Counted from the first letter of the stretch, positions 52,821 through 63,488 are shown. The stretch: 64,000 nt of DNA from Parcubacteria group bacterium M6-OD1-3 (GCA_003056165.1 LSNR01000002.1:2726-66725), one strand, 5' to 3'. The notes: a model not told the origin generated them from the letters alone. Numbers and translations are program-made.

Positions 52821-53264
52821 CTTATTAAACAAAAAATTACCTTCAAAGTTTTTACCAGATAATAAAAGTGGCAACCAATACTGATCATCAACCCACATTT
52901 TTTTATAAGGAATTTCACTATGTTCAAACCATCTAGGCAACATTTCTTCCGTTTCTTCCGGCTCACCAATTATATTATCGCTGACAATAGAGAAAAAATT
53001 TACTTCCAAAATTTCTTTTAATTTATTTTCAAAACGAAAATCTATTATACCTCTTTTTATAAGACTCTCTTTGCTTTTTATTTTGAGACAACTTTCTTCA
53101 AATAATTCTCGCTCTGCTGCCTCAAAAATATTTTCATTTTTTTCTACTTTACCGCCAAAACCATTCCATTTCCCCATCCCAAACCCTCTCTTTTTCATTC
53201 CCAAAAGAATTTTTTCATTATCATAAACTAAAATCAGTGTCAGTTTTTGTTTTTTCATTATCAT
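52779..53264 (-). CDS. NUDIX hydrolase
   Basis: Nudix box 'GGKVEKNENIFEAAERELFEESCL'. Confidence 0.8.
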   Translation of the reverse strand: MIMKKQKLTLILVYDNEKILLGMKKRGFGMGKWNGFGGKVEKNENIFEAAERELFEESCLKIKSKESLIKRGIIDFRFENKLKEILEVNFFSIVSDNIIGEPEETEEMLPRWFEHSEIPYKKMWVDDQYWLPLLLSGKNFEGNFLFNKDGKKVLETELKKL

Positions 53265-53282
53265 AATAATATGGAGGCCTAA

Positions 53283-53305
53283 TATGGAGGCCTTGCCTCC
53301 ATATT
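53283..53305. repeat. REP-like GC-rich hairpin atatggaggc-ctt-gcctccatat (half-copy at 53269-53280; further copies at 53780-53798 and 53991-54013)
   Basis: Read directly. Confidence 0.7.
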
Positions 53306-53308
53306 CAT

Positions 53309-54010
53309 CTATTCAAAACTATTTTTTAATATTTCTTTATTTTTTAAAATACCCCGTAGCTGTCTATTGGCAAACTGCTCATACTCTTTCTTATCCCTAG
53401 TGAAAGAATCTAAAATATATCCAGTTGTACAAAGATTAGTTTTCATATTTTTTATATATTCAGGAAGGCTGGTTCTATATTTATTATTTCTGCCACTTTC
53501 ATCTCTTTTAATTTTGTGGACTTTAAAATTTAAATTGACATATACTGATAATCTATTCAAATATTCTTGTGTGCCAATATGCTTAGCTTTAAATTTCCCT
53601 TGAAACAAAGATCCATTTCTTTTGTTTTTCTTATTAAAATACATAGTATAACCTGTTCCAATCTTTTGCATAAATTTAGAAATACCACCTTCAATATTTT
53701 GTCTCAAGATAAAATGAAAATGATTTGGCAACAAACAAAATGCCACTACTTCTACTAACATGGAGGCCTTGCCTCCATTCTTAATCTTTTTAGAATACTT
53801 GTATTGTGGGACACCACCTAGAGAGTTTTCTTGATTAAATAAATCAATAATTTGTAAAAATTTAAAAAAATCTTGGCTATCTTCAAAAATAACTCTTCTA
53901 TCTATACCTCTATTGTAAATATGATAAAATTCGTCTGTGCTAAATCTTATTTTTCTTATACTCATACTCAATTTTATATCATTTTCCCCATATGGAGGCA
54001 AGGCCTCCAT
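53309..54010 (-). CDS. REP-associated tyrosine transposase (RAYT, IS200/IS605-like HuH Y1)
   Basis: 'FYHIYNRGIDRRVIFED', HuH 'LLPNHFHFIL', 'YTMYFNKKNKRNGSLFQGKFK'. Confidence 0.75.
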   Translation of the reverse strand: MEALPPYGENDIKLSMSIRKIRFSTDEFYHIYNRGIDRRVIFEDSQDFFKFLQIIDLFNQENSLGGVPQYKYSKKIKNGGKASMLVEVVAFCLLPNHFHFILRQNIEGGISKFMQKIGTGYTMYFNKKNKRNGSLFQGKFKAKHIGTQEYLNRLSVYVNLNFKVHKIKRDESGRNNKYRTSLPEYIKNMKTNLCTTGYILDSFTRDKKEYEQFANRQLRGILKNKEILKNSFE

Positions 54011-54027
54011 ATAGTTCTTGCAACTAT

Positions 54028-55446
54028 TTATTTTATTCTTTCAAACAAAATTTCTTTTTTACCTGTTTCTAGTTGTTGTTTTATTTTAATTGAAGTTTCT
54101 GGCATAAATGATTCTAGAAGCTGAGCTATAAAATACAAATCTTCAACTAATTTTTCCATTACTTTCTCAAATTCTTTCTTACTACTTTTTGCTAGTTCCC
54201 ACGGCTTTGTTTCTTCAATGTATTTATTACTCTTCTGAACAAGATGACTCCAAATTCTTTCTAGCGCCTTATCAAACCATAAGCTTTCGATAAACATTTT
54301 ATTCCACTGTATTGGATCATATATTTTTCTTTCAATATTACTAAAATCAATATTTTCACTTAATTTCACAACTCGCGAAACCAAATTTCCCAAACCATTT
54401 GCTAGATCAGCATTATATTTTTCAACCATTCTTTCTATTGTAATATCAATATCTTCTCCGAAAGTTCCAGCTGAAAGTAAAAGATAGCGTGTACCATCTG
54501 TACCAAATTTCTCCAACATCTCATCAATACTAATCACATTGCCGATTGTTTTACTCATCTTTTTTCCGTCCGATAAAATATGTCCGTGCACAAAAAGCTG
54601 TTTTGGCAACTCAATTCCTAAGTGCATTAACATTATTGGCCAAATTGTAGCGTGAACCCGTAAAATATCTTTACCCAACATTTGAATATTCGCTGGCCAA
54701 AAATCTGGAATTTTATTTACATCACCATTCCACCCTAGTCCTGTTAAATAATTTAACAAAGCATCAAACCAAACGTAAGCCGTGTGCGTTTCGTCAAATG
54801 GCAACGGAATTCCCCAATTAACATTTTTTCGTGAAATAGATAAATCTTCCAACTCATTATTTTTTAGAAATGACAAGATTTCCTTTTTATATTTTTCTGG
54901 TCTAATTTTAAAGTCATCACTTTCAATTTTTTGAATCAATTCAGTTTGTCTTTCATCCATTTTCATCATATAGCTTTCTTCCTTCATCACTTCCGGTTCT
55001 ACATTATGATCCGGACATTTTCCATCCACTAAATCACTTTCGTTTTTAAATTGCTCACAACCAACGCAATATAATCCTTCATATTCTCCCTTATAAATCA
55101 CTCCTTTATCATATAAAGTTTGCAAAGAAACCTGAATTGCTTTTTTGTGTTCAGGATTTGTCGTTCGAATAAAATTATCATATTCAATATCTAATTCTTG
55201 CCAAAGTTTTTTAAAGTCATCTGAAACTTCATTTACCAATTCCTGGGGTTTTTTGCTTTCCTCTTTTGCTTTTTGTGCAATTTTTGCTCCATGTTCATCC
55301 ATTCCCGTTAAAAAGAAGGTTTTTGTTTTTTGTAATTTATAGAATCGTGCTAATGCATCAGTCGCGACAGTTGTATATGCATGCCCAATATGCGGTTGTG
55401 CGTTAGCATAATAAATTGGAGTTGTTATATAAAATTTATTTTTCAT
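54028..55446 (-). CDS. metG: methionyl-tRNA synthetase (short form)
   Basis: 'HIGH' in 'AQPHIGHAYT', 'KMSKT', Zn knuckle 'CVGCEQF…CPDH'. Confidence 0.9.
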   Translation of the reverse strand: MKNKFYITTPIYYANAQPHIGHAYTTVATDALARFYKLQKTKTFFLTGMDEHGAKIAQKAKEESKKPQELVNEVSDDFKKLWQELDIEYDNFIRTTNPEHKKAIQVSLQTLYDKGVIYKGEYEGLYCVGCEQFKNESDLVDGKCPDHNVEPEVMKEESYMMKMDERQTELIQKIESDDFKIRPEKYKKEILSFLKNNELEDLSISRKNVNWGIPLPFDETHTAYVWFDALLNYLTGLGWNGDVNKIPDFWPANIQMLGKDILRVHATIWPIMLMHLGIELPKQLFVHGHILSDGKKMSKTIGNVISIDEMLEKFGTDGTRYLLLSAGTFGEDIDITIERMVEKYNADLANGLGNLVSRVVKLSENIDFSNIERKIYDPIQWNKMFIESLWFDKALERIWSHLVQKSNKYIEETKPWELAKSSKKEFEKVMEKLVEDLYFIAQLLESFMPETSIKIKQQLETGKKEILFERIK

Positions 55447-55500
55447 AAAAAATTGTATTTTAAAAAATATGACAAAACAACTATAGACTCACGAATTTTG

Positions 55501-55585
55501 CGGTGAGGACAGGATTCGAACCTGCGAAGAGTTGCCCCTTACACGCTTTCCAAGCGTGCTCCTTCAACCACTCGGACACCTCACC
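55501..55585 (-). tRNA. tRNA-Ser (anticodon GGA)
   Basis: Own fold: acceptor GGTGAGG/CCTCACC, discriminator G, anticodon stem-loop cacgc-TTGGAAA-gcgtg, long variable arm, T-arm caGGTTCGAATCCtg. Confidence 0.85.
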
Positions 55586-55588
55586 ATT

Positions 55589-57031
55589 TTAATTACTAAT
55601 TTTTTTAACGCCGATTAATCGCATCTTTTTGCCGGCAGGAGAACGTCCGATTATTATTATAATTTTATCATCCTTCTCCAACTTCTTATCATTCTTAGCT
55701 TTTTTTACCAATTTGTCAATAAATACACTCAGGTTTTTTTGCTTTTCAAATAAGTAACAATCTACACCCCACAGAAGAGAAAGTTGATTAAATGTTTTTT
55801 TATTGTTAGTCGCCACTAAAATTTGTTGCTCCGGACGAAAATGGGAAACCAATTTAGCTGTAAAACCACTAATGCTTATCATACAAATTGCCTCAGCATC
55901 AAAACTTTTAGCTAGTTCATACGCGCTTTTTACAACTACCGCGTATTCCGATTTAATTTTATAATCCAATGCCTCATAAATATCATCGTAAATGGATTCT
56001 TCGGTTTTTTCGATAATTTTACTCATAATAGAAACGCTTTCCGTTGGATATTTTCCAGTAGCGCTTTCGCCGGAAAGCATCACCGCATCAACATGATCAA
56101 TGATTGCATTAGTTACATCACCAACTTCGGCGCGTGTCGGTCGCGGATTATCTATCATACTATTCAACATTTGTGTCGCCACAATAACCGGCTTAACACA
56201 TTTTATACTCTTGGAAATAATTTCTTTTTGCAATATTATTACCCTACTTTGATCCATTTCTATTCCGAGATCTCCTCTAGCCACCATTATTGCGTCTGTC
56301 TCTTTAATAATTTCATCCAAATTGTCAATCGCTTCCTGTCGCTCAATCTTAGCGATAATTTGCGGATAATGACTCTTCTTTTTCTTTTGAATTATCTTCC
56401 GAAGCCTTTTAATATCTTTAGCATTTTTTACAAAAGAAAGTGCTACGAAATCAACATCGTTTTTTAAAGCAAAGTCCAAATCCTTTTTATCCTTAGTAGT
56501 AATAACATCAATATCCAAGTTTGCTCCAGGAATATTAACGCCCTTGTGATTTCTGATTATTCCCCCATCAATAACTTTCACCTGACAACTTTTTTTATTA
56601 TTTTTAATTATGCGTAATTTTATCAAGCCATCTTCGATTAAAATATCCTGTCCCTTTTTTAACCCTTCAAGAATATTTTTTTTATCTAAATAAACTATTT
56701 TTGCATCAATTGAATTATCTTTTTTAGATTTGCTATCAATCTCACAAATTTTAATCTTATCACCACTTTTTACAACAATTTCTTTTTCAACCGCAACTCT
56801 AATTCTTGGGCCTTGCAAATCTGCCAAAATTCCAACATTAACATTGAGTTTTTCAGAAACTTTTCGAACTCTAGTCATCACCTGTTTGTGCCAACTATGT
56901 TCTCCGTGTGAAAAATTAAAGCGTGCAACATTTAATCCGGATTGCATCATCTTCTTTAAAACCTCTTCACTTTCCGAAGCCGGTCCAATTGTCGCCACAA
57001 TTTTTGTTCTTTTTTGTTTGTATTTATTCAT
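55589..57031 (-). CDS. pyk: pyruvate kinase
   Basis: 'KIVATIGPAS', 'NFSHG'. Confidence 0.9.
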   Translation of the reverse strand: MNKYKQKRTKIVATIGPASESEEVLKKMMQSGLNVARFNFSHGEHSWHKQVMTRVRKVSEKLNVNVGILADLQGPRIRVAVEKEIVVKSGDKIKICEIDSKSKKDNSIDAKIVYLDKKNILEGLKKGQDILIEDGLIKLRIIKNNKKSCQVKVIDGGIIRNHKGVNIPGANLDIDVITTKDKKDLDFALKNDVDFVALSFVKNAKDIKRLRKIIQKKKKSHYPQIIAKIERQEAIDNLDEIIKETDAIMVARGDLGIEMDQSRVIILQKEIISKSIKCVKPVIVATQMLNSMIDNPRPTRAEVGDVTNAIIDHVDAVMLSGESATGKYPTESVSIMSKIIEKTEESIYDDIYEALDYKIKSEYAVVVKSAYELAKSFDAEAICMISISGFTAKLVSHFRPEQQILVATNNKKTFNQLSLLWGVDCYLFEKQKNLSVFIDKLVKKAKNDKKLEKDDKIIIIIGRSPAGKKMRLIGVKKISN

Positions 57032-57083
57032 AAAAATATCGTAATTAACAAATAATGTTAATTATAAACCAAAATTAGAAAAT

Positions 57084-57662
57084 TTAAAAATTAGAAAAAA
57101 TAAATTCAATTAGTCTATCCTTATTTAGAAATGTTTTGGCGGAATATGGTAGAAATTTAGCATTGTCACTTAACTGATCTTTAATTTTTTCAATAATTTT
57201 ATGCTCCACGCTTTTTTTAACTTTATCCATCTTATTTGCTACAACAATTGTTTTAATATTTTCTTCTTGTAGCAAACTGAGCATTTCTATATCAAACTCT
57301 TTAATTCCGACCCTAGCATCTATTATCAGAATAACTCTATGAGGTTTTACTCCCGAATAGGTCAAATACCAGATAATCATTTTTCTAATTTTCTCTCTTT
57401 TTCGCTTTGAAGTTTTGGCAAATCCATATCCAGGAAGATCAACAAAATAAGTTCTATTATTTATTAGAAAAAAATTTATCTCCTGCGTTCTTCCTGGTGT
57501 CGAGCTAGACCTCGCTAAGTCTTTAACTCCCACCAAAGAATTTATCAAACTAGATTTTCCAACGTTTGACCTTCCTACAAAAGCAACTTGTTTTTTTCCA
57601 TCTTCCAATATTTCATTTGTCCCCGTAATTCCCTTAATAAATTCTGCTGTTTTAATTTTCAT
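57084..57662 (-). CDS. engB: ribosome-biogenesis GTPase EngB/YsxC
   Basis: G1 'GRSNVGKSS'; G4 'NKMDK'. Confidence 0.85.
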   Translation of the reverse strand: MKIKTAEFIKGITGTNEILEDGKKQVAFVGRSNVGKSSLINSLVGVKDLARSSSTPGRTQEINFFLINNRTYFVDLPGYGFAKTSKRKREKIRKMIIWYLTYSGVKPHRVILIIDARVGIKEFDIEMLSLLQEENIKTIVVANKMDKVKKSVEHKIIEKIKDQLSDNAKFLPYSAKTFLNKDRLIEFIFSNF

Positions 57663-57744
57663 AAAATTATAAGTTATTAATTTTTTAGCTAAGCTATCCG
57701 CAAATAAAATATTTTAAAAAATTAGTTATTTAAAATTTAAAATT

Positions 57745-60477
57745 TTACAATTCTCCCCAATTTTTCCCAATTTTAATATCAGCAATTAAAGGAACTGCTA
57801 GTTTATAAACTCCCTCCATTATTTCTTTAGTTTTTTTAGCAACTTCCTCAGACTTATCTTCGCTCACTTCCAAAATAATTTCATCGTGAATTTGCAAAAT
57901 CATATCAACATATTTGTCTTTTCTGAAAAAATCATACACCGCAATCATCGCCAATTTCATAATATCGGCAGCTAATCCTTGAATCGGCATATTGATTGCC
58001 ATTCGCTCAGCCATCGCTTGAACTTGGAAATTCGGCGAATTTATTTCTGGCAAATATCGTCGTCGTCCCGTTTCTGTTTCTACAAAACCGTTTTTCTTCG
58101 CAGACTCTTTTGTTTCCCCTATGAACTTTGCCACATCAGAAAAATTTTTCATATACTGGGCGATAAATTCACCAGCATCTTCCCGTGAAATATCCGCTGA
58201 CTGTGAAAAACCGAAACTACTCATTCCGTAAATAACCCCAAAATTCAATGCTTTAGCTTGTCGTCGCATTTTTTTTGTGACAGCGGAATGCGGTACTTTA
58301 TTTACTTCCGCCGCGGTCTTAGTATGAATATCCTCTCCCGCCCAAAAAGCTTCTATCATTTTTTTATCTTTGCTCATATGTGCCATCACTCGCAAATCAA
58401 TTTGCGAGTAATCCGCTGAAACCAAAACTTTGCCATCATTCGCTTCAAAGGCTGTCCTAATTATCTTTCCTAAGTCCGTACGAATAGGAATATTTTGCAA
58501 ATTTGGATTTTCCGAAGAAAGCCTTCCTGTTGCCGTCACTGCCTGATTAAATGTGGTATGAATTCTTCCGTCGCTTTGTACTAATTTTGGAAAAGCATCC
58601 AAATAAGTTGTTTTTAATTTAAATAATTCGCGATATTTTTCAATTTTCTCGATAATTTCGTGTTTATTTTTTAATTTGTACAATTCTGGAGCAGCTGTTG
58701 AAAAGCCAGTTTTATTTTTTTTAATTCCCTGTGTGGAAATTTTTAATTTTTCAAAAAGAATTTTTCTAAGCTGTTGCGTAGAATTAACATTAAAATTTTC
58801 TCCAGCCAATTTTTGAATTTTTTCTTCCAAATTTTCAACCTGCTTATTTATTTTCTCAGCAATACCTTTAAAAATAATTTTGTTTAATTTTATTCCTTTA
58901 AGTTCCATTTCCGCCAAGACTGGGATTAGTGGGATTTCAATTTTAGTAAAAACATTTTTTAAATTTCTTTCTGTAGAAATATTTTTCTGCTCCTTACTTA
59001 TTTTATCTATTTTGTCCTCCAAAATATTTTTTAATTTAAAAAGATAATCAGCTTTTCGACATAATTTCTCAGCAACATCTTCTGTTGATGCTATTGAAAT
59101 TAAACTTATCTGTCCCATTTTTTCTTCCGAAAATTCTTCTCCCAACTCTTCGGCAATTGTCTCACTTAAATCTATTTTTAACCCGGAGTTCAAAAGATAA
59201 TCCATTAACATCACATCCTGACACAGAATCTTTTTTTTATTATCAATATAATCAATTAATTTTAAATTAATATTTCTATTTTTAAAATGTTTGTAAATAT
59301 TTTTTAATTTCCAGCCAATTTTTATAATATCTTTACTCTCTAAAATCTGTTTTAATTTTTTCAAATCTTTCTTAGCTGAAAATTCCAAGAAATATGTTTG
59401 TCCTATTTTCCAAGAAAACGCCATTTGCACATTTCCATTTTCCAAAAAATCACCGACGATAACAACCTCTTTTTGCTTTGATAATTTTTTGATAAATTTA
59501 TCAAAATCTGAATTTGCAATAATATCACACTTAAAGTTTTCTATACCAACTGGTTTTTTTTCCTCAGAATTACCAGCATCTTTCTCTCCATTGTTTTTTA
59601 AAAATCGTTTAATCAAGCTATGGAAACCAAGTTCGCGGAAAAGAATAATCAATTTATTTCGATCGAAATCATCGGTTTTGCATTTTTGCAAATTAAATTT
59701 AATCGGAACATTTGTTTTAATCGTTCCTAAATCTTTAGAAAGAAACGCTTGTGCTTTATCAGTCTCCAATTTATCTTTCACTGCTCCCTTAATTTCATCT
59801 ATATTTTTATAAACGCCTTCTAATGTTTTGTATTTTGTCAATAAATTTATAGCACCTTTTTCACCAATCCCTTTTACTCCTGGAATATTATCCGAAGTGT
59901 CTCCACACAAACCTTTATAATCTTTTAGTTGTTCTGGTTTCAAGGTATACCTTTTCCAAACCGCTTTTTTATCATACAAAACAGCTTTACTAATACCGCG
60001 ACTCATTGTATAAACTTTAACATTTGGTCGCACCAATTGTAGCGTATCTAAATCTCCAGTAACAATAATTGTTTCTAAATTGTGGTCATCGGAATTTTCC
60101 GCCATTTCAAAAGCAATAGTTCCAATAAGATCATCTGCTTCAAATCCTTCTTTTTCATAAATTGGGATTCCGAACGCTCGCACGATCTCTTTAACTCTTT
60201 CTATTTGCGCATAAAGCTCATCCGGACCCTTTACTCTGGTCGCCTTATATTCTTTAAATTTTTTGTGTCGAAAAGTCGGAGCTTTCAAGTCAAATGTAGC
60301 CACAATATATTCCGGCTGGAATTTATCAATTACAGTTAAAAGCGTTGATGCAAATCCATAAACTGCATTAACCAACTCACCTTTCTTTGTCGTAAATGGT
60401 GGTAAAGCATGAAAAGACCGATGGATAATCGCATTTCCATCAATAAGTACCAATTTTTTCTTTTGCTTTTTTGACAT
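57745..60477 (-). CDS. polA: DNA polymerase I
   Basis: 5'-3' exonuclease N-terminus, motif A 'DYSQIDLRV', motif B 'RRQAKALNFGVIYG', motif C 'HDE'. Confidence 0.9.
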   Translation of the reverse strand: MSKKQKKKLVLIDGNAIIHRSFHALPPFTTKKGELVNAVYGFASTLLTVIDKFQPEYIVATFDLKAPTFRHKKFKEYKATRVKGPDELYAQIERVKEIVRAFGIPIYEKEGFEADDLIGTIAFEMAENSDDHNLETIIVTGDLDTLQLVRPNVKVYTMSRGISKAVLYDKKAVWKRYTLKPEQLKDYKGLCGDTSDNIPGVKGIGEKGAINLLTKYKTLEGVYKNIDEIKGAVKDKLETDKAQAFLSKDLGTIKTNVPIKFNLQKCKTDDFDRNKLIILFRELGFHSLIKRFLKNNGEKDAGNSEEKKPVGIENFKCDIIANSDFDKFIKKLSKQKEVVIVGDFLENGNVQMAFSWKIGQTYFLEFSAKKDLKKLKQILESKDIIKIGWKLKNIYKHFKNRNINLKLIDYIDNKKKILCQDVMLMDYLLNSGLKIDLSETIAEELGEEFSEEKMGQISLISIASTEDVAEKLCRKADYLFKLKNILEDKIDKISKEQKNISTERNLKNVFTKIEIPLIPVLAEMELKGIKLNKIIFKGIAEKINKQVENLEEKIQKLAGENFNVNSTQQLRKILFEKLKISTQGIKKNKTGFSTAAPELYKLKNKHEIIEKIEKYRELFKLKTTYLDAFPKLVQSDGRIHTTFNQAVTATGRLSSENPNLQNIPIRTDLGKIIRTAFEANDGKVLVSADYSQIDLRVMAHMSKDKKMIEAFWAGEDIHTKTAAEVNKVPHSAVTKKMRRQAKALNFGVIYGMSSFGFSQSADISREDAGEFIAQYMKNFSDVAKFIGETKESAKKNGFVETETGRRRYLPEINSPNFQVQAMAERMAINMPIQGLAADIMKLAMIAVYDFFRKDKYVDMILQIHDEIILEVSEDKSEEVAKKTKEIMEGVYKLAVPLIADIKIGKNWGEL

Positions 60478-60539
60478 AATTAATTCAAATTAGTAAAACT
60501 TTCAATTTAAAATATATTATTATCTCTTACACTTCAAAT

Positions 60540-60764
60540 TTATTGTACTCCTGCGTCATTCAGTGTTTCTTTCAAATGATCGTTTTCCTTCTCCACAGCA
60601 GTATTTATTTTAACTTTAGACCGGTCATAGGTTTTTACCATACTAGTTGGGCTAAATGGATTTATCGTTTCAGTTTCGGGTTTTTTTGTCGCGTGATTTC
60701 CGCAACCACTTATAAAAACAGGCACCACTCCAATCAAAAACAAAATTATAATTTTCTTTCTCAT
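60540..60764 (-). CDS. small lipoprotein
   Basis: Signal peptide plus lipobox 'FISGC'. Confidence 0.45.
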   Translation of the reverse strand: MRKKIIILFLIGVVPVFISGCGNHATKKPETETINPFSPTSMVKTYDRSKVKINTAVEKENDHLKETLNDAGVQ

Positions 60765-60897
60765 AAACTAAAAAATACTAAACATATTACAAACGCTTAG
60801 CATTATTATACACTATTATTGATAAATTATAAAAAGTTTATTTTGTAAAACCTCAGCATCTAAACTGTAAAATTATCTATCAACTACAGTTATTTTT

Positions 60898-60935
60898 TAT
60901 TTTAAGCCTATTTTTTTGTCGGAGCACTGGGATTC
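60898..60935. repeat. 37-bp duplicate of the tRNA-Pro 3' end plus its 3' flank (identical to 61029-61064)
   Basis: ttttaagcctatttttttgtcggagcactgggattc read at both sites. Confidence 0.8.
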
Positions 60936-61046
60936 CTCTCCGAGCCTGAATGCTCACAAGTTCGCATCCTTCGAATCCCATCATCTAAATTGAAGATTAT
61001 TTATAAATCACAACCATTTCTCACTTTTTTAAGCCTATTTTTTTGT

Positions 61047-61119
61047 CGGAGCACTGGGATTCGAACCCAAACTACACGGTCCCAAACCGTGCGTGCTAGC
61101 CGTTGACACCATGCTCCGC
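61047..61119 (-). tRNA. tRNA-Pro (anticodon TGG), C1:G72, A73
   Basis: Own fold: acceptor CGGAGCA/TGCTCCG, anticodon stem-loop cacgg-TTTGGGA-ccgtg, T-arm tGGGTTCGAATCCCa. Confidence 0.85.
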
Positions 61120-61210
61120 ATTTCACTTTTGATATATTTTAAAACTATATGTTATCTTACACTCAAATAACAACTTAGTCAATGATACTAGTTTTTCCTA
61201 TTTTATAAGA

Positions 61211-61387
61211 TTATTTTTTCCAATCCTCAATAATTATTTTACTTCCTCTTTTTTTAACAACCACCTTTTGTTTCTCTCGCCATTTTAATTTTCTAACAAT
61301 CTCAATAGGAATTGTAACAGCAATTGATTGCTTACCAACCTTAGTCAATTTTCTTATGTTTCTATCTTCTAATTTTCTTGTAGACAT
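61211..61387 (-). CDS. AbrB/SpoVT (MazE-like) family small DNA-binding protein, 58 aa (MSTRKLEDRNIRKLTKVGKQSIAVTIPIEIVRKLKWREKQKVVVKKRGSKIIIEDWKK)
   Basis: Own translation; swapped-hairpin signature 'GKQSIAVTIPIEIVRKL'. Confidence 0.55.
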   Translation of the reverse strand: MSTRKLEDRNIRKLTKVGKQSIAVTIPIEIVRKLKWREKQKVVVKKRGSKIIIEDWKK

Positions 61388-61450
61388 TTGTTTTGTTCTA
61401 TTATTTTTTAAATTATTCTATTAAATTCTATTCAAACAAATCCAATTTCT

Positions 61451-61486
61451 ATGTAAGTAATGTATTACGTAATACATTACTTACAT
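61451..61486. promoter_or_regulatory. perfect 36-bp palindrome ATGTAAGTAATGTATTAC|GTAATACATTACTTACAT, 64 bp upstream of the AbrB-like gene
   Basis: Read directly. Confidence 0.5.
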
Positions 61487-61567
61487 CTATAGCACTACTC
61501 TCACCTAAAAACTTAATATCAGTTACTAACTAATTGCTAAACATAAAAAATATGCTCTCTTTTAAAA

Positions 61568-63469
61568 TTAAGCGCTATTTTTTTCATCATTAGTTTTAAG
61601 ATGATTTTTCTCATCTTTTATTTTGCTTTCATCAGTTATCTTTTCAGTTTCAAAGCCCATAATTTCATCAAATTCTTCTTTTTCAATAATTTCTTTTTTA
61701 AGTAAGGTCTTGGCGATTTTATCCAAAACATCTTTTTTATCTCTAATAATTTTTTGAGACGCCTCCTTAGCAGAATTAACAAAACTAGAAACTGCTTTAT
61801 CAATGCTTATCGCAGTTTGTTCAGAATAATCTTTTTCTTCACTAATTTCTTTTCCAAGAAAAACTAATTCTTCTTTTTTACCAAATGTTCTTGGACCTAG
61901 ACTACTCATCCCATATCGCATAACCATATCTCGTGCCATTCTTGTCACTCTTTCCAAGTCATTAGATGCTCCAGTCGTCACATCACCAAATGTTTCCGAT
62001 TCACTAACATATCCCCCCAATAAAACTGCCAGCTCATCTATAAAATGTGCTCGGGAATGTAATCGCTTATCCTCAGTCGGAACAGACATAGTATATCCAC
62101 CAGCACTACCTCTGGAAATAATGGAAATTTTTTGCACCGGATCAGCCTCTTTAGACAACGCAGCTACAAGAGCATGTCCAGCTTCATGATAAGCTATTAT
62201 TTTTTTTTCTTCCTTACTGATAGCCCGACTTTTTCTCTCTGCTCCCATCATTACTTTTTCAATGGACTCTCTTAATTCAAGCATTCCAATTTTTTTCTTA
62301 TTTTGTCGTGCCGATGAAATAGCCGCTTCATTAATAAGGTTCGCCAAGTCCGCCCCAGAAAATCCCGGCGTTCTTTGCGCAATATTTACTAAATTAACAT
62401 CCTCTTTAAACTTTTTATTTTTACTGTGAATTTTCAAAATCGCTTTTCTTTCATTAATATCCGGCAAGTCCATAGTCACTCGTCGGTCAAATCTACCTGG
62501 ACGCAAAAGTGCTGGGTCCAAAACATCAGGCCTATTTGTTGCTGCCATCACGATAATATTAACATTCGTTTCAAAGCCATCCATCTCAACCAATATTTGA
62601 TTAAGCGTCTGTTCTCGCTCATCATTGCCTCCGCCCAATCCAGCTCCACGATGCCTTCCAACAGCATCAATCTCATCAATAAAAACAATTGCTGGAGCAT
62701 TTTTCTTCGCTTGTTTGAAAAGGTCTCGAACTCTTGAAGCTCCAACTCCCACAAACATTTCTACAAATTCTGACCCACTAATATTAAAAAATGGAACACC
62801 AGCTTCGCCAGCGACAGCCTTGGCAATCAAAGTTTTTCCAGTTCCAGGAGGTCCTAATAGTAAAATTCCTTTTGGAATTTTCGCCCCCATATCCAAAAAT
62901 TTCTTGGGATTTTTTAGAAAATCAACTACTTCCATCAATTCTTCTTTTGCCTCCTTGGCTCCGGCAACATTTTTAAATGTCGTTCGTTTCTTTTTATCTT
63001 TCGGATCCGTCATTCTGGCCTTACTCATTCCAAAAGAAAGTGCTTGGGAATTGCCTCGCTGAGCTTGCTTCATCATAAACCAAAGAAACCCACCAATCAA
63101 AAGGATAGGCAATAAAAATGGCAAAATTATTCCCGCCCAAACGACCAAGCCAGAAGCACCTTTGATATCAATATTAACTTCTTGTAACTTCTTTTTATCA
63201 ACTCCGTAGTTACTTAAAGTTTCCACTAGAGAACTTTCCGCTTCCTTGGAAGATTTTTCTTTTACTCCATCAGCTAATTCAACTTCAAGTTTCTCTCCTC
63301 TAACAACAATTTTTTTAACATTGCCTTTATCAATTTGTGACACAATAGTAGAAAGTGCAACTTCTTTCACTTTTTCAGTAGAAGAATTATATATGGTCAT
63401 AAGCCCCGAAATTAATAAAAAAACTATTAGTGTCGGCGCAACAATGTTTTTAAATATTTTATCCATCAT
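61568..63469 (-). CDS. ftsH: ATP-dependent zinc metalloprotease FtsH
   Basis: Walker A 'GPPGTGKT', SRH region, 'HEAGHA' zinc motif. Confidence 0.95.
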   Translation of the reverse strand: MMDKIFKNIVAPTLIVFLLISGLMTIYNSSTEKVKEVALSTIVSQIDKGNVKKIVVRGEKLEVELADGVKEKSSKEAESSLVETLSNYGVDKKKLQEVNIDIKGASGLVVWAGIILPFLLPILLIGGFLWFMMKQAQRGNSQALSFGMSKARMTDPKDKKKRTTFKNVAGAKEAKEELMEVVDFLKNPKKFLDMGAKIPKGILLLGPPGTGKTLIAKAVAGEAGVPFFNISGSEFVEMFVGVGASRVRDLFKQAKKNAPAIVFIDEIDAVGRHRGAGLGGGNDEREQTLNQILVEMDGFETNVNIIVMAATNRPDVLDPALLRPGRFDRRVTMDLPDINERKAILKIHSKNKKFKEDVNLVNIAQRTPGFSGADLANLINEAAISSARQNKKKIGMLELRESIEKVMMGAERKSRAISKEEKKIIAYHEAGHALVAALSKEADPVQKISIISRGSAGGYTMSVPTEDKRLHSRAHFIDELAVLLGGYVSESETFGDVTTGASNDLERVTRMARDMVMRYGMSSLGPRTFGKKEELVFLGKEISEEKDYSEQTAISIDKAVSSFVNSAKEASQKIIRDKKDVLDKIAKTLLKKEIIEKEEFDEIMGFETEKITDESKIKDEKNHLKTNDEKNSA

Positions 63470-63488
63470 AAATATATTAGTGTGTTAT

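Noticed and set aside
60936-60995. Second tRNA between the duplicated tRNA-Pro 3' ends
   Set aside because: It contains a gggattcgaagg / gaatccc pairing but no acceptable cloverleaf (no T-loop or anticodon arm). It is treated as spacer or remnant.
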